Shown: positions 12,300-24,769 of the stretch, in pieces | Numbering within the stretch: the stretch's first letter is position 1 | Layout of the letters: every line of letters starts with the position of its first letter | From: Lepidodermella squamata | Taxonomy: Eukaryota; Animalia; Gastrotricha | DNA length: 64,000 nucleotides | Assembly: GCA_047495785.1 (NCBI GenBank) | Contig: JBLDXI010000001.1 | Span: 3,720,001 to 3,784,000 of the forward strand | Reading direction: 5' to 3' | Notes under the pieces: generated by a model | What the model was told of the DNA's origin: nothing | Databases searched by the model: none | What the model saw: only the letters and a program-made list of their open reading frames with translations | Position numbers and translations under genes: made by a program

Positions 12300-14766
12300 T
12301 TTTGCAGCGAAATAATTCTAAAAAATCTATTCATAGCCATAGGATGAATTATATCAAAAATCTTTTGTAAAATAGAATAACTAGCCGTTGCCAAATATGT
12401 TGAGTATATGGACATGACGTTTTTTGTAAGTCGGCTCGAATAAAGATACTTTATAGGAATTAATAAGCGCGTTCTGTTAATCCCTGAAAATTGCACCGAC
12501 GTATAAGTACCGATGCATTTTTCCAGGATTCTAAATCACGAGTAAAATCACGAGGTGTCTAATACTGTGCTGTTTTTTGGCTTATTACCGCCAAGTTCCT
12601 ATACGGCAATGGCTCGACATGTCTCAAATTAGGTTAAAACATTTCGATGATTTCATTATAAGACACCCTCTGCAACATAAAATCCTAATAATTACTTCGA
12701 AAATTATATGCATAAAAACAGCGACAGACGGGTCGACCAAAAGGTAAACTAATAAACAATAAAATGTATAAAATTTTATCTGATACCAGGCCATAACAAT
12801 TCTATAAATAATTCGCTGAAAACTACTGATTTAAAAAATTCAGCGAGTTATGGTATACCGCCAATACCAAAGAAGACGGGTGAAATAAGGACAAGTTGCT
12901 GTTCCGATTTGCTACAAGTGGCAAATTGACACTGTCGCCTATTGAGGACACTCCGAGGGCAAGAGTTCGCGCTTAAGATAGGCGAGACATGAGATGACAC
13001 GTTTAAGATGATGATTCAGTTGCGATGAGAGTAAAGAGAGACACACGGAATCCATCGGTAACACGGCGGCGCCCGCTCGGGCACACTTCCGCCCTGCTTC
13101 TGTTTACCGTATAACCCGTGTTTTGATCGCCTTGTATCGTTTGTTAATTGCCAATAAAAGATACGATATAGGCGCTCGGCAAATACGGCTGGCATAGGGC
13201 GACTTTTGTAATGTCGCATCGAACCGCGATGAGAGCCGGCGATGATGACGAGAGTAGGAAGCAACTCGCCCCCGTTTACGCACTTGACATCAGCCGGCAC
13301 TAGGTGTGTAGCAATACTTGCTAATGCTTATAAGACGATGATGATGGCCACAAATAGCGTAAGGGCGTAGTAGTATGTTGAGAGGGGTCCTCTCCGCCCC
13401 GAAACATACCGGTCTTATACTAATAAAAACAAAAACAACGATCGCATGAGGGCATGGGTAAACAGGACGGGTTTTGCTGTCTGCTTTTTATTTTTCGCAT
13501 CACAGCGCCAATAAAACGCTCGGCCAACGCGCGTGCGCGCATTTTTGCATGAGACACCCTGTGATTATATGCCATATAATGTGCGTGTGTAACAGTATAA
13601 TATGTAGGCACGGTTAATATAAGCTAAGCGAAAAAACACTCAACACACATTTAGTACCAATGTGTTACCCACTTGCGAATTATTCGAACCTTGAAAAATT
13701 AATCTCATGTAGTTCCCACAAATCTCACTCCACCTAAATATCTTAACATTCCCGATATGATAACGGTTCAGGAGAATATGGGATCCCGAGAAAAAAAAAC
13801 ATTAATTGAAATAGAGATGCGGAATTTTTTAGAATATTGACGATTGACGCAATATCTGATAAATAGTCCTAAAAATACAAATAAAATGTGCCCTAAAATT
13901 AAAAAAATTCGCTAGTCGCGTTTTCCAGCTATGCAAATGATGCCTGAAGCTAAAAAATCGAGATTTTTTCAGATTTTAACCTGAGTTCATAAGCAAAAAA
14001 CTGCACTGAAAAAATTACTTCGTTTTAATAAAGATCTGAAAAAAGACGGGCAAAAATTATAACAATTTTCGACTTCATTACTCAATTTTCCCGGTCAAAT
14101 GATCTTTTAGTAACGCAAGCTCTTAAAAAAATTGGCCTATTTTTTATTATTAGCCGCATCATTTTTTCGCTCATAAAAATTCAAATTCGAAGTATTTTTT
14201 GCGAAAAAATTGAGATGTAAAAAAATAATCGATAAAAAAGAAGTCATAGATTATTTTTTCCTCACGAGCTATCACATAGCAGTGAAAACTTGGACGCGCG
14301 GAAAGTGCTGATTATCGTATATGATGACAGAATATATTTCGCAAGGCTTCTTTTCAACTCCCTGGAGGCGGGGCGAGATCAACGAGCGATTTGCACCTGC
14401 TTATAGTGAAAACAAGCGATGACAGCAGCTCAAGAGACAAAATTTTATTGTATAAACATATCAGTATATACAACAACAACAACATTATAAGCAGCCGTTT
14501 TTCGCGCAGCCTTCATCTTTCATCATTTAGTGTTTGCCATGATAACACAATTATAGCCGATTGTTGTGCGATAGAAAAACAGCGCTTATAGCGCCCTGTT
14601 TGTCAATAATATACGAAACGACAATAAAACATGTTTTTGCATATATAAATATCGGGATATTTTTAGCGCCCTTTAAAAGGGCGATTAATAAATCAGGGAT
14701 TATACAATAAAAATTATCACAAAAAAATAATTTCAAATTTTTTAGAAAAATTTGAAAAAATTATGT

Positions 14767-16843
14767 TTATGATTCCTCTTCAATTCTTTTGGTAAATCGG
14801 GCTTTATGGCTAGCCATAGCCGTGGGACTTGATAGGAAGGTAACACTGCTTTCCGTAGATCTCCGTTCTGCAGCCGGCGTGCAGCACAAGCATTTTTCGG
14901 CCAATAATTTGCGAAATTGATTGCCAGTCAATATGTAGACGAGAAAATTAACGGCGTAATGCGTTAGGGCGATTTCTTCGAAAAATCGCCGCACGACATA
15001 GGTGTCGAGTTGAAAGTCGTCTAAAATAGGTTCGAAGGTAGCTATCGAGGTTGTAACGTTGCCGGTTAGCGGCTCGGAAGCGTTTTTTGTTGTAGTCGTG
15101 ATGGCCGCGCTTTGAAAAATCAGCGACTCGGAAACAATGAAAATAACAGCTAGCGGAAGTTGAGTTAGGATCAAGTAAAAAGAAACAGCTAGCAAGGTTG
15201 CGGTTCGAATTCTCTGCAAAATTGAAATATATCAATTATTAATTATTGATTATTAATTAACTACGAGATATTTTACGACATGATAGGAACAGGTGAAACA
15301 AGGAAAGAAATAATTTAACAACATTTTTTACCTGTCTCATTTTGCTTTTTGTGAAAGCACAATAATAATTTTCTTGGCTAGTTCCCTTGAAAACGCGAAA
15401 AATTGGGCTCTATTAGACCCGAACCGAAGCGAGATATTAAGCCGAATTTCTTACCAGAACATACACCACCTTTGTCAAATCTAGGTATTCCTGTACAGTA
15501 GTAAGGACAAAAGATAGGAAAACAATTAGGAAAGTTAGCCAAATGTTAGATCCATGAGTCGAAAAAATTGTAGTTTCTTACATTCTAATAGGTCACTCCT
15601 GAAATGGAGTAATATGTCATAGGTCACTCATAGTTAGAACTCAATAAAAACTCTGCTTTGGAACCCGTGAACCAAATTAGAAAATTTGATCGGACTATAT
15701 CTTCATATTTCATAGCTATCGGTTCCCTTTCTGAAAGTCTCCAATCATTTTGAATTGTGAGCATCAACATTTTGTCAATTTTTAAAATAATTCTAAAGCA
15801 TTTTCAACGCATTAGTGAGACATTTCAGGTAATAGGATCCTGGATCCTCATGCAGTGAGGTGAAAACAATTGAACCATTGCAATTTATCTCTCTAAATTT
15901 TGAAATAAATTTTCTGCATTTTTTGACAAAAAAATAGATTTCTTAAAAACAATGGAATTTTTTAATTCATTTTTAATTTTTTTCGAAAGGAAAAGTAAAT
16001 TTCCGGAAAATTACGGTTCATAACGATGTTGTACCGGGAACTTACGTGTTGATTAGGCTGCCGTTGGTGATGCATCCTTAGATTTTGCCCTTTATCAAAC
16101 GAAGCGTGACGCGTATTCTCCAAATCAGGCGTGCCATTCACCATCGCCTGCGTCGCCGGGTTCAGCGACTGCTCATGCCGGCTATTGATCTGAATAATCT
16201 CTCGAATCAACGCCAAATTAATGCCCAGGTTAAGAACAGGGACAGCCGTGAAAAATATCGCCGCGGTAATGATCGACCAAGCGTACAAAAACGCCCGAGC
16301 CTCTTCCCGGTTCGTACACGTCGCAGCCGGGTGTGACGGGTGCGAAGTTGTCCAAAAAATGGCCTCGGGCCACGCGCAAAACACGCTTGTCGCGAAAATA
16401 CCGATGAGTATAAAAATGACAAATTTATGGTTAGAAAAGCGCCGCCGCCAAAACGGGTACGCGACAAATAGAAACCGGTCTATGCTGAACGCGCAGACTA
16501 TAGCTGGCGATGCGTATTGCGGTATGATGAAGAGGGTTGAAAAAATCTCACACATAACCGGATGGTCGAGTATGGACAACCGCCAAGCCCAGTGCAGGTC
16601 GAATACTAGGTAGAAAGCGAGGAATAGCAGGTCGTTTAACGATAGGGTGACTAAAAAATAGGCGCTAGAATTTTGCCGGCGCACCGAGCGCGTCGACCAA
16701 ATGTAGGCCGATAGTATGTTGCCCATGATGCCGAGCAGCACGACGGGCAGGGAGAAGTAGCGGTCCATGTAGACGATGAACGGCCGTTCGCGCTCGACGA
16801 CATCGGCGAAGCTTGTCGTCGATATAGCGGTCGTATTTTCCAT
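14767..16843 (-). CDS. Class A (rhodopsin-like) GPCR, FMRFamide/neuropeptide-receptor-like
   Basis: GIMGNILS (TM1), LSLNDL (TM2), FSIDRF (DRY), QLP (TM6), AVNFLVY (NPxxY-like). Exons 16843-16046 and 15213-14767, with a probable in-frame 54-nt micro-exon at 15385-15332 (GTSQENYYCAFTKSKMRQ). Confidence 0.88.
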
Positions 16844-19202
16844 AAATAAATGACCTAATACTATATAGCTACAAGAGAAAAAAAATGAGACGATGAATCA
16901 GCAATCAGCGAAAAGGTTTGTTTCCAATACTACCATCTGAACGAAATGAAAACTGAAAAATGAGATTTTACCCGCTTAGGTAACCAGGATCCCTTGGTGG
17001 ATAATAATTTGGTCAAGAAGTTGAATTCAATATTTTGGATATTTTGAGAAAAGAAAGGAGTGATCATTTTTTAGAATTCTTCTAAGCAATTCTTCCCCGA
17101 AAATTCCCTCATCCTTGGAAACTCCTTAGAAGATAATATATACTTTACTTCGACCTAGGAAGCTGATATCGATTCCCATTTTCGACTTCGAAAAATCAGT
17201 AATTTTTCTGATAAAGAAAGTTTGGGATGACAAATTAAAAAGGATTGAAAATAGGTAATACCAAGCTATTAGTAAAGCTGATCAAGGAAAGGAAAATTCC
17301 AAATTCCAAAAATTATAAAAAATTAGATAAGGGAGCCTCAATTTATAAGTGGCGCTGATCTAATCAATTTTATGAATTTTCCGATTTTTATAATTATTTT
17401 CAAGTGATTTTGTCTACATTTGTTTATTTTTAATTTGTGCCTAATATTAGTTTTATTTTTTTAACGTTTGAATGTAATGAATCTAATATACCGAAGCGGG
17501 GCATAGGGCATGAGCAGGTTGGTGTGTTTATTATTTTTTCTACTATGAGTTCACGCAGCGTTATTAGGGACAGATATGCGCGGCTAGACGTGCGTTCGTC
17601 AAAGAGCGCGCGCCCGAGATCAGGAGCTCTGATATAACGCTTATTCGTCGAAAAATAATAAGAACAGACTGGAAAAATATAGGCGGAGTAAAAATATAAT
17701 GTACCTATAAATAAAACTCGAAGAAATAATAATTACGCATCATGATAACTGATAACTATCACAAGCCCGCAGCAGGTATGAGGCAAACAACGGGTTGGTT
17801 TAAATTTGTAGTAAAAAAATCCGAGTGAAGAGTAGTTATGTGACAAACTTCAAGAGTCTCGAGCCAAAATTGAAGTGCATAATATTCCACAACCACACCT
17901 TGTAAGATTGGGATGAAATCCTGAGCTACAACGCTACTACAACGCTGAACTTATTCTGTTAAAACTTAGGAAATACCCGAAAAATGGGTTCTGTAAAATT
18001 TTCTTCAATTAATTCAAGAATTGTGAGGAATTTTTAAAAATTGTCGAGCCTATACAACATGTTTTCTATTTAGGTTGAATAAATTGAACAATTAGTGTTT
18101 GGAATTTGGAACCACAATGATTAGTATGACCTTGTTAGACATAATGATTGGACAAATTTTATCTAGTGCCCCAATTCTCGAACTAAAGACTGATTGTTAT
18201 AGCAACCCACAACTGCAATATAAGGTGTTGCATAACCTCGTGCTCCTAAAATAAATGCGGGCGAATGAAAAAAATGCATCGGAAAATCAACTCGAGCGGG
18301 CATCGATTGCAACATCATGAAATGGCATATTGGGGCGTGTTATTCTATAACAAATCACATAATAGAAGCAACCGACGTGATACAGATCGGCTGTTTATTT
18401 TTGCTAACTGTTATCATCGTTACCGAAAACAGAAAAGAATCCGGGCGCGTACATTATTTATACACTTGCTTGCTTAGCATATTGGGCGTTATGCTTGCTA
18501 TTAATGTATTTAGACTGGTCTATATCGATATAACATTTTTTGCCATATACCTCTACCTATACATGTCCGTCTGAGATGTTGGATTTATTGCGGGCTTGGA
18601 TAAATACAGGATTTCGATATTATATTATTATAATAAGTATACTCAGTTTTCTACGTCGCCAGGCCAAATCAGGCTTGAGAAAACAATTTTCCGCCCATAA
18701 AATATGCAGCGTAGATTTTTCGCCGATCATTCAATTATTTGGATCACAAAAAATTGAGACAAAATATAGCGGAAATTGAGGTCGCCGTTGAGCAGCTCGC
18801 ATCCTTCCACTGTCTACCGTGAGGGCGATACGTGTGCAGAATTTCCCTGGATTTATTTAGCTATTTATATTGGATTTAGAAGGCCGAAATATTTTTATAG
18901 CTGTGATAAAATCTTAAAAAGCCGTTATATCTGCGTATCCTACTCATTGTTTTTTTTAATGAATCCTGACCTCATTTCGATGTGAAAATGTGCATGCTGC
19001 AGATGTAAAAACCAACTTGATTTGATTCGAAAATGTGCGTCGATATTTTGTGAGGCTAGCGATTTATACGAGCCAAGCCACTGGAATTATGAGAACTCAT
19101 AAAAGGGCTCATTATAAGCAGGGATCATATTGCGAATTGAATAGCGTCAACTTGTTTTATTGCTAACTTTATGAGACACTAGACTACTCTCACAGTGTGC
19201 AA

Positions 19203-19274
19203 TCCTTGGTAGTATAGTGGTTAGTATCCCCGCCTGTCACGCGGGAGACCAGGGTTCGATTCCCTGCCAAGGAG
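19203..19274 (+). tRNA. tRNA-Asp(GTC)
   Basis: TCCTTGG/CCAAGGA acceptor stem; anticodon arm CCCGC-CTGTCAC-GCGGG; GGTTCGATTCC B-box; poly-T terminator follows. Confidence 0.96.
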
Positions 19275-19437
19275 CATTTTTATTTTTATTTTTATTTTTT
19301 ATTTTTTTTTTATTTTATTATCTTGGTTGGTTGATTTTAAATTTTTTAAATTTAACTCCTCTCCATTTGAATAACAAAATTCGATAAGTGTCAAAAACAT
19401 GATATTTTATTTCAAATTTGTCAAAGTTGAAGAATAA

Positions 19438-20274
19438 TTAAAACCTAGCGCCAATAAATCGAAAGAACACCTCATCGTATTCTTCAATTGGAACCTTCAC
19501 GTTGATTTCAAGTGCTTTCCTTTTCTCAAGGAAAGCCAGCAAATCAGGCCGCTCGCGGTCGATGATCCCCAGCATCCACTGATTCACAACATCGGAATTC
19601 GGCGCATAATGATCTGCCTCAGGACTAGTGGCTGAAAGAGACTTCTTCTGTTCAACAAGCTTAACAACCGTCGAGTAGATCTCATCGCTAAATTTTGATT
19701 TAATGTGCTCCCATAACTTGGGAAAATTGATCTCGATCAGGTTGCCAGTTGGCTCGTTGTTATCGCCGAATTTCATCATTAAATACTCGATCATAGCGAC
19801 AGATTTGATAACGCAGAGGTACTTCTTGACGACAACCATCTCTTTCCCAGCAACGTTATCGGCGTAATTCCGCTTGCTCATAGTTAAATAATTGTTCAGC
19901 AGTGGAATTAAACGAATGTTTTGATGCAAAATTCGCCGGCATTCCTCAACCATCTCCGGGCAAGTGTTAAGGTAGACAATCGGAGACTCGAGCCATTCTA
20001 CAATTGTCGGGTTGATTTTCTGAAGTTGAGACAAGACTTTGGCCAAATCCCAGGCTTGAAAGTCGAATTTGTCCATTTCGCAGTCCAGAGTTTGCTTTTT
20101 CACCCCGCCGAGGGATAGATACTTCTTCCGATCGCGTTGAATGAAAACAAAACGGATGTCGTAATCCGACTCAACAGATGGCCAGCCCCAAGCTCGGCTC
20201 CCGATATCCACCGCATAAAGGATCTCGATATCATGCTCCAACTCCAGAGCTTTCAACGCCTCCAAAATACTCAT
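19438..20274 (-). CDS. RlaP/YcgL-like Pol-beta superfamily nucleotidyltransferase, copy 2 (intronless)
   Basis: ILYAVDIGSRAWGWPSVESDYDIRFVF (GS..DxD), DFQAWDL, NPTIVEWLESPIVY, KKYLCVIK. The first ATG is at 20274; the ORF-track start at 20322 is TTG. Confidence 0.85.
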   Translation of the reverse strand: MSILEALKALELEHDIEILYAVDIGSRAWGWPSVESDYDIRFVFIQRDRKKYLSLGGVKKQTLDCEMDKFDFQAWDLAKVLSQLQKINPTIVEWLESPIVYLNTCPEMVEECRRILHQNIRLIPLLNNYLTMSKRNYADNVAGKEMVVVKKYLCVIKSVAMIEYLMMKFGDNNEPTGNLIEINFPKLWEHIKSKFSDEIYSTVVKLVEQKKSLSATSPEADHYAPNSDVVNQWMLGIIDRERPDLLAFLEKRKALEINVKVPIEEYDEVFFRFIGARF

Positions 20275-20318
20275 ATTAAATGTGTCTATAGATACAAACA
20301 ATTTATTTGAACGAAAAT

Positions 20319-21170
20319 TCAAGCGAAAGTGATGCCAATAAATCGGAAGAAAAGTTCGTCGTAATCATCAAAACGTGGCCTATCGAGTTCGACCTTTTTA
20401 CGGTCTTCCTCGAAGGCTAACAAATCTTCCCGTTCGCGTTTTACAATACCAGATAGCCAGTGATTGAGATGCTCAATCGCTCGAATCGTGTCGTGACCGC
20501 CAGAGACTAACGCCTTCTTCTTCTCGATGAGATCAAGAACTGTTGAGTGAACTTCAGGAGTGACACGGTTCTTGAGTTGATCCCAGACTACGCCGAATTC
20601 GATATCCATAAGTTTACCAGCGGATTCGTCTAACGCTTCAGTTCTACAATCGCTGTATTGCATCATCAAATACTCGACCATTGCAACAGGGCGGACAGTG
20701 CAGAGGTACTTCTTAACGTTAACAAAAGTTTTCTTGTCGATGTGCTCCATGTAATGATTCTTCCCCATAGTCCTGTAGTGGTGGAGTAGAGGCATGATTC
20801 GGACGTTTCTGACTAGGACATGTTTGCATCCGTCAACGAATTCAGGACATGCGTTGTAGTAGAAAATTGGCGATTGCAGCCATTCGATAACGCTTGGGTT
20901 GATGTTTTGCAGGTGACCAAGCGCCTTTGCGATATCCCAACCCTGGTAGTCCCACTTGCCAATCTGGCCATCGATGACTTGCTTCTTGACGCCGCCTAAT
21001 GATAAGTACTTCCTGCGGTCGTTGTGGATGAAGATAAAGCGTATGTCGTAGTCGGAGCCAGTGGAAGCCCACCCCCAGGCACGGCTACCGCCATCGACAC
21101 AAAACAAAATTTTAACTTCATGCTTCTCCTCCAAATCGCGCAAAAGTTCCAGGCATCCGGCATCCGCCAT
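20319..21170 (-). CDS. RlaP/YcgL-like Pol-beta superfamily nucleotidyltransferase, copy 1 (intronless)
   Basis: ILFCVDGGSRAWGWASTGSDYDIRFIF, DYQGWDI, NPSVIEWLQSPIFY, KKYLCTVRP. ATG at 21170, with a TATAAAA motif about 80 nt upstream. Confidence 0.85.
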   Translation of the reverse strand: MADAGCLELLRDLEEKHEVKILFCVDGGSRAWGWASTGSDYDIRFIFIHNDRRKYLSLGGVKKQVIDGQIGKWDYQGWDIAKALGHLQNINPSVIEWLQSPIFYYNACPEFVDGCKHVLVRNVRIMPLLHHYRTMGKNHYMEHIDKKTFVNVKKYLCTVRPVAMVEYLMMQYSDCRTEALDESAGKLMDIEFGVVWDQLKNRVTPEVHSTVLDLIEKKKALVSGGHDTIRAIEHLNHWLSGIVKREREDLLAFEEDRKKVELDRPRFDDYDELFFRFIGITFA

Positions 21171-21615
21171 TTCCTCGTCGATTAAATTACGGTTGTATGA
21201 ACAAGTTATAACTCTACTAGGCAAAAGTATGTGTGAAATAAGGCTATTTTATACACACACATGCTGTAGGACTACGAAAAGTGATAAGCATATTGCATCA
21301 GAAAGTGTGTGTGCGTACAAAAGCATTGGATATCAATAAACCGTGAATCACGGATGAATCATCCCTCTCAAACGAGCAAAATCAAGTGAATGCTTGTCTT
21401 CACTGACTGTTTGCATCCGCACTGGAACCAGGTGTGACAATTGAAGCACGTGTTTAAAGCAAACTTCAGTTATTAGCTCTTGAAAACACAAATTGAAAGC
21501 ATTTCACATTTTTACTGTCTTTTTCTAGCAATTTATCGAAATAACAGAGTAAAATATCAACAAGCTGGGTTGTAGGAATAGTCGATGGTAAAATTTGAGA
21601 AGAAGGACCAGGTGA

Positions 21616-23566
21616 TTAAGGCCATACTCTCTGATTCCGTGTCACTATCCTCCTCCGCCGCTCCATAGCCGGCGCAATGGGTAATGCTCGACCTCCTTGT
21701 TTCTTGAACACATTTAGATGCAGAAATTTCGGTGCAGCTCTTACTTCGTTCTCATTCCTCAGCATAAATCCCATAGGGGTGGGCGGGGGTACCATGATCA
21801 TGCTATTCCTTCTCTCGGGATAGGACGACGCAGGAATTTCACTTTCGCCACGATTTACAGACGCGTTTCTGCCATCATTTTGAGGCTTTCTAACGAGTCC
21901 TTGTCCAGAATGCGCGATCGAACACGAGTCCCACACAATGTCGTAAACCTTCCCTCCACAGCAACCGAAACGAGCGCGATTATTCCGAGGAACTTGATGC
22001 GGGATTCCGTTGCAAATCATCTCCATCAACTCATTCTGCGGCGTAGTTGTTATGAATTCAGATTTCGGAGGCGGGCGATGAAGTCCGTTTCTTCCTAGAG
22101 TTGATGCGATGGCGGCGGCTAAAAGTTGTTCAGAATCAACATCGTGACCACCCGAGCCGAAAACTGCGGCTAGTCTTTGAATCAGAGCAGCAGTTGCATT
22201 AGTAGTTTGCTTGTTTCCGCTTTTCGCAACTAAAACTACGCCTGGAGGTACAGAACCCTGTGACCTTAGCCCAGTGTTATTATAAGAAACAGCCGGATGA
22301 CGGCTCCTCCTATCCGATTCAGCCCGATAAATATTAGCTAATTCAGGGCAAGTCCTCGCCAGATTTTCCTTAGACACTGCTCGGTTCTTACAACAGACCA
22401 TGATATGATTAGGGTCGTAATAAGCTAATCCTTGGTCGCAACATAGGAATTTTTCAGGGCACCATCTATGATTAGAATTTCGACTCGAATCAATTGGTGA
22501 CAGTGTTGTGGGTAGATCAGCCTCATCCCATTTCGCGCCTAACCCACTCCTGACGTCGAGTAATGTATTGCCTCCAGTTGGATTGTTAACAAGTAAGGAC
22601 GGATCAATCTCAGGAGGCAGCTCCCTGAATGCACCAATCATCTCAGCTCCGGGCCAATAGATGTCACTTTGACTCGGGGGTGCTGTTGTAGTTGTAGTTG
22701 TTGTCGTAGTGGTAGTAGTCGTTGTAGATTTGGCTAACAATGAATGCTAGTGAGATAATAAGTCTATTTCTGACAAAATTCTATACCTCGGTTGCAAGAA
22801 TTTCCTGTCCACTGAGAACCACAGGCGCAAACTCCTGGCGCTGATGTGCATAGCCCGCCATGCTGGCAGATGTTGGAGTTGTGTCCACACAAGTTTATAT
22901 TGCAGTGATCCGCCGAACCGGCTGAAGTGTAGCCAACAACAGATAACCTCCGAATGCAGCATGAAGCGGCTATCCTAACTACGGCAACTGAAATTCCTCC
23001 CGTGCTTTTAGAGGCCGGCATACGATAAGCGATTGAGGCCGATGCTTGTCTTAGGGTAGGGCTGAAAGCCGCCCCGATTGGTTGGTCTGGTAAGTCTATA
23101 AAAGTACCGACTACCTCAGTTCCTATTGTTGTGAATGTAACAGCACTTGTCCAGTTAAAATGGCCACACAAGTCGGGCCCAAGGTTCAAATTGCATCTAG
23201 AACAACAATAGAGGTGAAACATTCTGATCTTTCAAATAATAGTTCTTACTTTGATAGATGCGAATCCCTAACGCTGCACATAACTGGCCGAGCTGCATTG
23301 GATGGCTCTGCACTTGGGGTTAGCCATGCTGTTGGTGGGTCTGGTTTCGATGTTGCCTGAGCTGGTTCTTCATAAGTGTTCTCCAAAATTTGGGATTGCG
23401 ATTTTCCAGATAAGAGTTGGAACATTAAAGACTGCAGGCTTTCTCGGGGATGCCGCCGTTGGGCGGAGCTTAGAGTGACGAGTGACGAAATAATGAGCGT
23501 TGTTACGATCGAAAATTTGATTGATTGCGCAAAGCTCGCCTTGCGCTTCTTCAGCGTTTTCATCAT
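21616..23566 (-). CDS. Secreted protein with EGF-like domain, poly-Thr tract and galaxin-like di-Cys repeats (3 exons)
   Basis: Hydrophobic N-terminus (IVTTLIISSLVTLSSA); CQHGGLC..CACGSQWTGNSC EGF motif; Thr run; CCDQGLAYYDP..VCC and CCGGKVYDIVWDSC. Introns of 53 nt at 23197-23249 and 22734-22786 join the pieces in frame. Confidence 0.72.
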
Positions 23567-24769
23567 CAAGGTAAATCGTTAAGGCTTGAGGACTGCGGCA
23601 CCAAATACCAACAAGTTATTCTCGCTAATGGTTTAATTTCAGTCTCTGCGTTAACTTTTTACGTGCGATAAGTCGTATTTTCTCTTTTGTTAAAGCTTAC
23701 CTTGCGCGTTTAACACGCTATTTACATGTAAGCGCTAGATACCTGTCATTGTTGTGCGTGTCGAGCTGAAAATGTTATCGCTTTCAATCCGCGCTTTTGA
23801 CGCAGCAGCAGCTTCATAACAAAGCGGGCCACTTCCTCAAAAATGACACAGCATAAGGTATACAGCAGCATTTGGTCGCGATGTATAAAGCTGCAATTTG
23901 CGCAGTTAAAGTTGTTTGCAGATCTGTATCCACATCTTTAACTCGGCATACCGAGACTTAATCTTCACTGTTTACTCTTTTTGCAATGATTTCGGCCCGA
24001 GAGCGTCCGAGATATGATAATTACCTAATGTAAATAACGACGAGAAAGCTCCCACCCCACCCTGTTCATGTCTTTATGCCTGGTCCAAGGTCCAAGTTAC
24101 TGCTCAGAGCCACGAACAATTCTTCCTCGAAAAATATATGCTGGGCGAAGTACATTGAAATGGCTGAAATAATATTGAAGTTTGAGGCTCATTTGCTATC
24201 AATTCCAAATTCCAATATAAATATATTTCATTCAGGAGTCCAATGAACCATTTTGAGACATAATCGCTCAACCAGTGTATGCAAGATGTGATATAACACT
24301 TATTCATATCGACGCTATTTTTTGATGCTCGAGGAGATGCCCGCTCAAAAATTCTGCGCTGCAAGATCTATTGTTATTAGGTGCGCGATAAAAATGGGAG
24401 AATGAACGCGCCGCGACAGTAGTCATGCGCGTTGCTAAAAAATGTCGTTATATTAGATTTGGACTTCGAAGCTCTGCGTGAACAAGCTCGTTTCCACAAT
24501 AAGCCTTTCGTGAGAATTGAGCGCGATACCAATGTTATATTGCTTTAATCTGATGGGCGGTAAGAACAAAGCGGCATTCACAACTCCTATGCTCTGAAGG
24601 CATACAAATCTTATTGTTTTTCGATTAATAATTCAGCGAATAAAAAAGTATGGCAATACCTGAAAACAATGAGCATTCAGAACCGGAGAGAGGTATTAAT
24701 TAATGATGAACAATTGTTAACGAGAAAATCTGTCACTTCAGGAATGGAACTCTCTCATTTTCGGATGAA

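Noticed and set aside
13016-13611. Short ORFs between the carotenoid oxygenase and the GPCR
   Set aside because: Non-ATG starts, no motifs and no clear splice structure; probably UTR or regulatory DNA.
19438-21170. RlaP pair as bacterial contamination, or as one spliced two-domain gene
   Set aside because: The pair is contiguous with a eukaryotic-type tRNA and intron-containing genes and has TATA/polyA-like signals. I found no GT donor before the upstream stop that gives an in-frame fusion. Misassembly still needs a read check.
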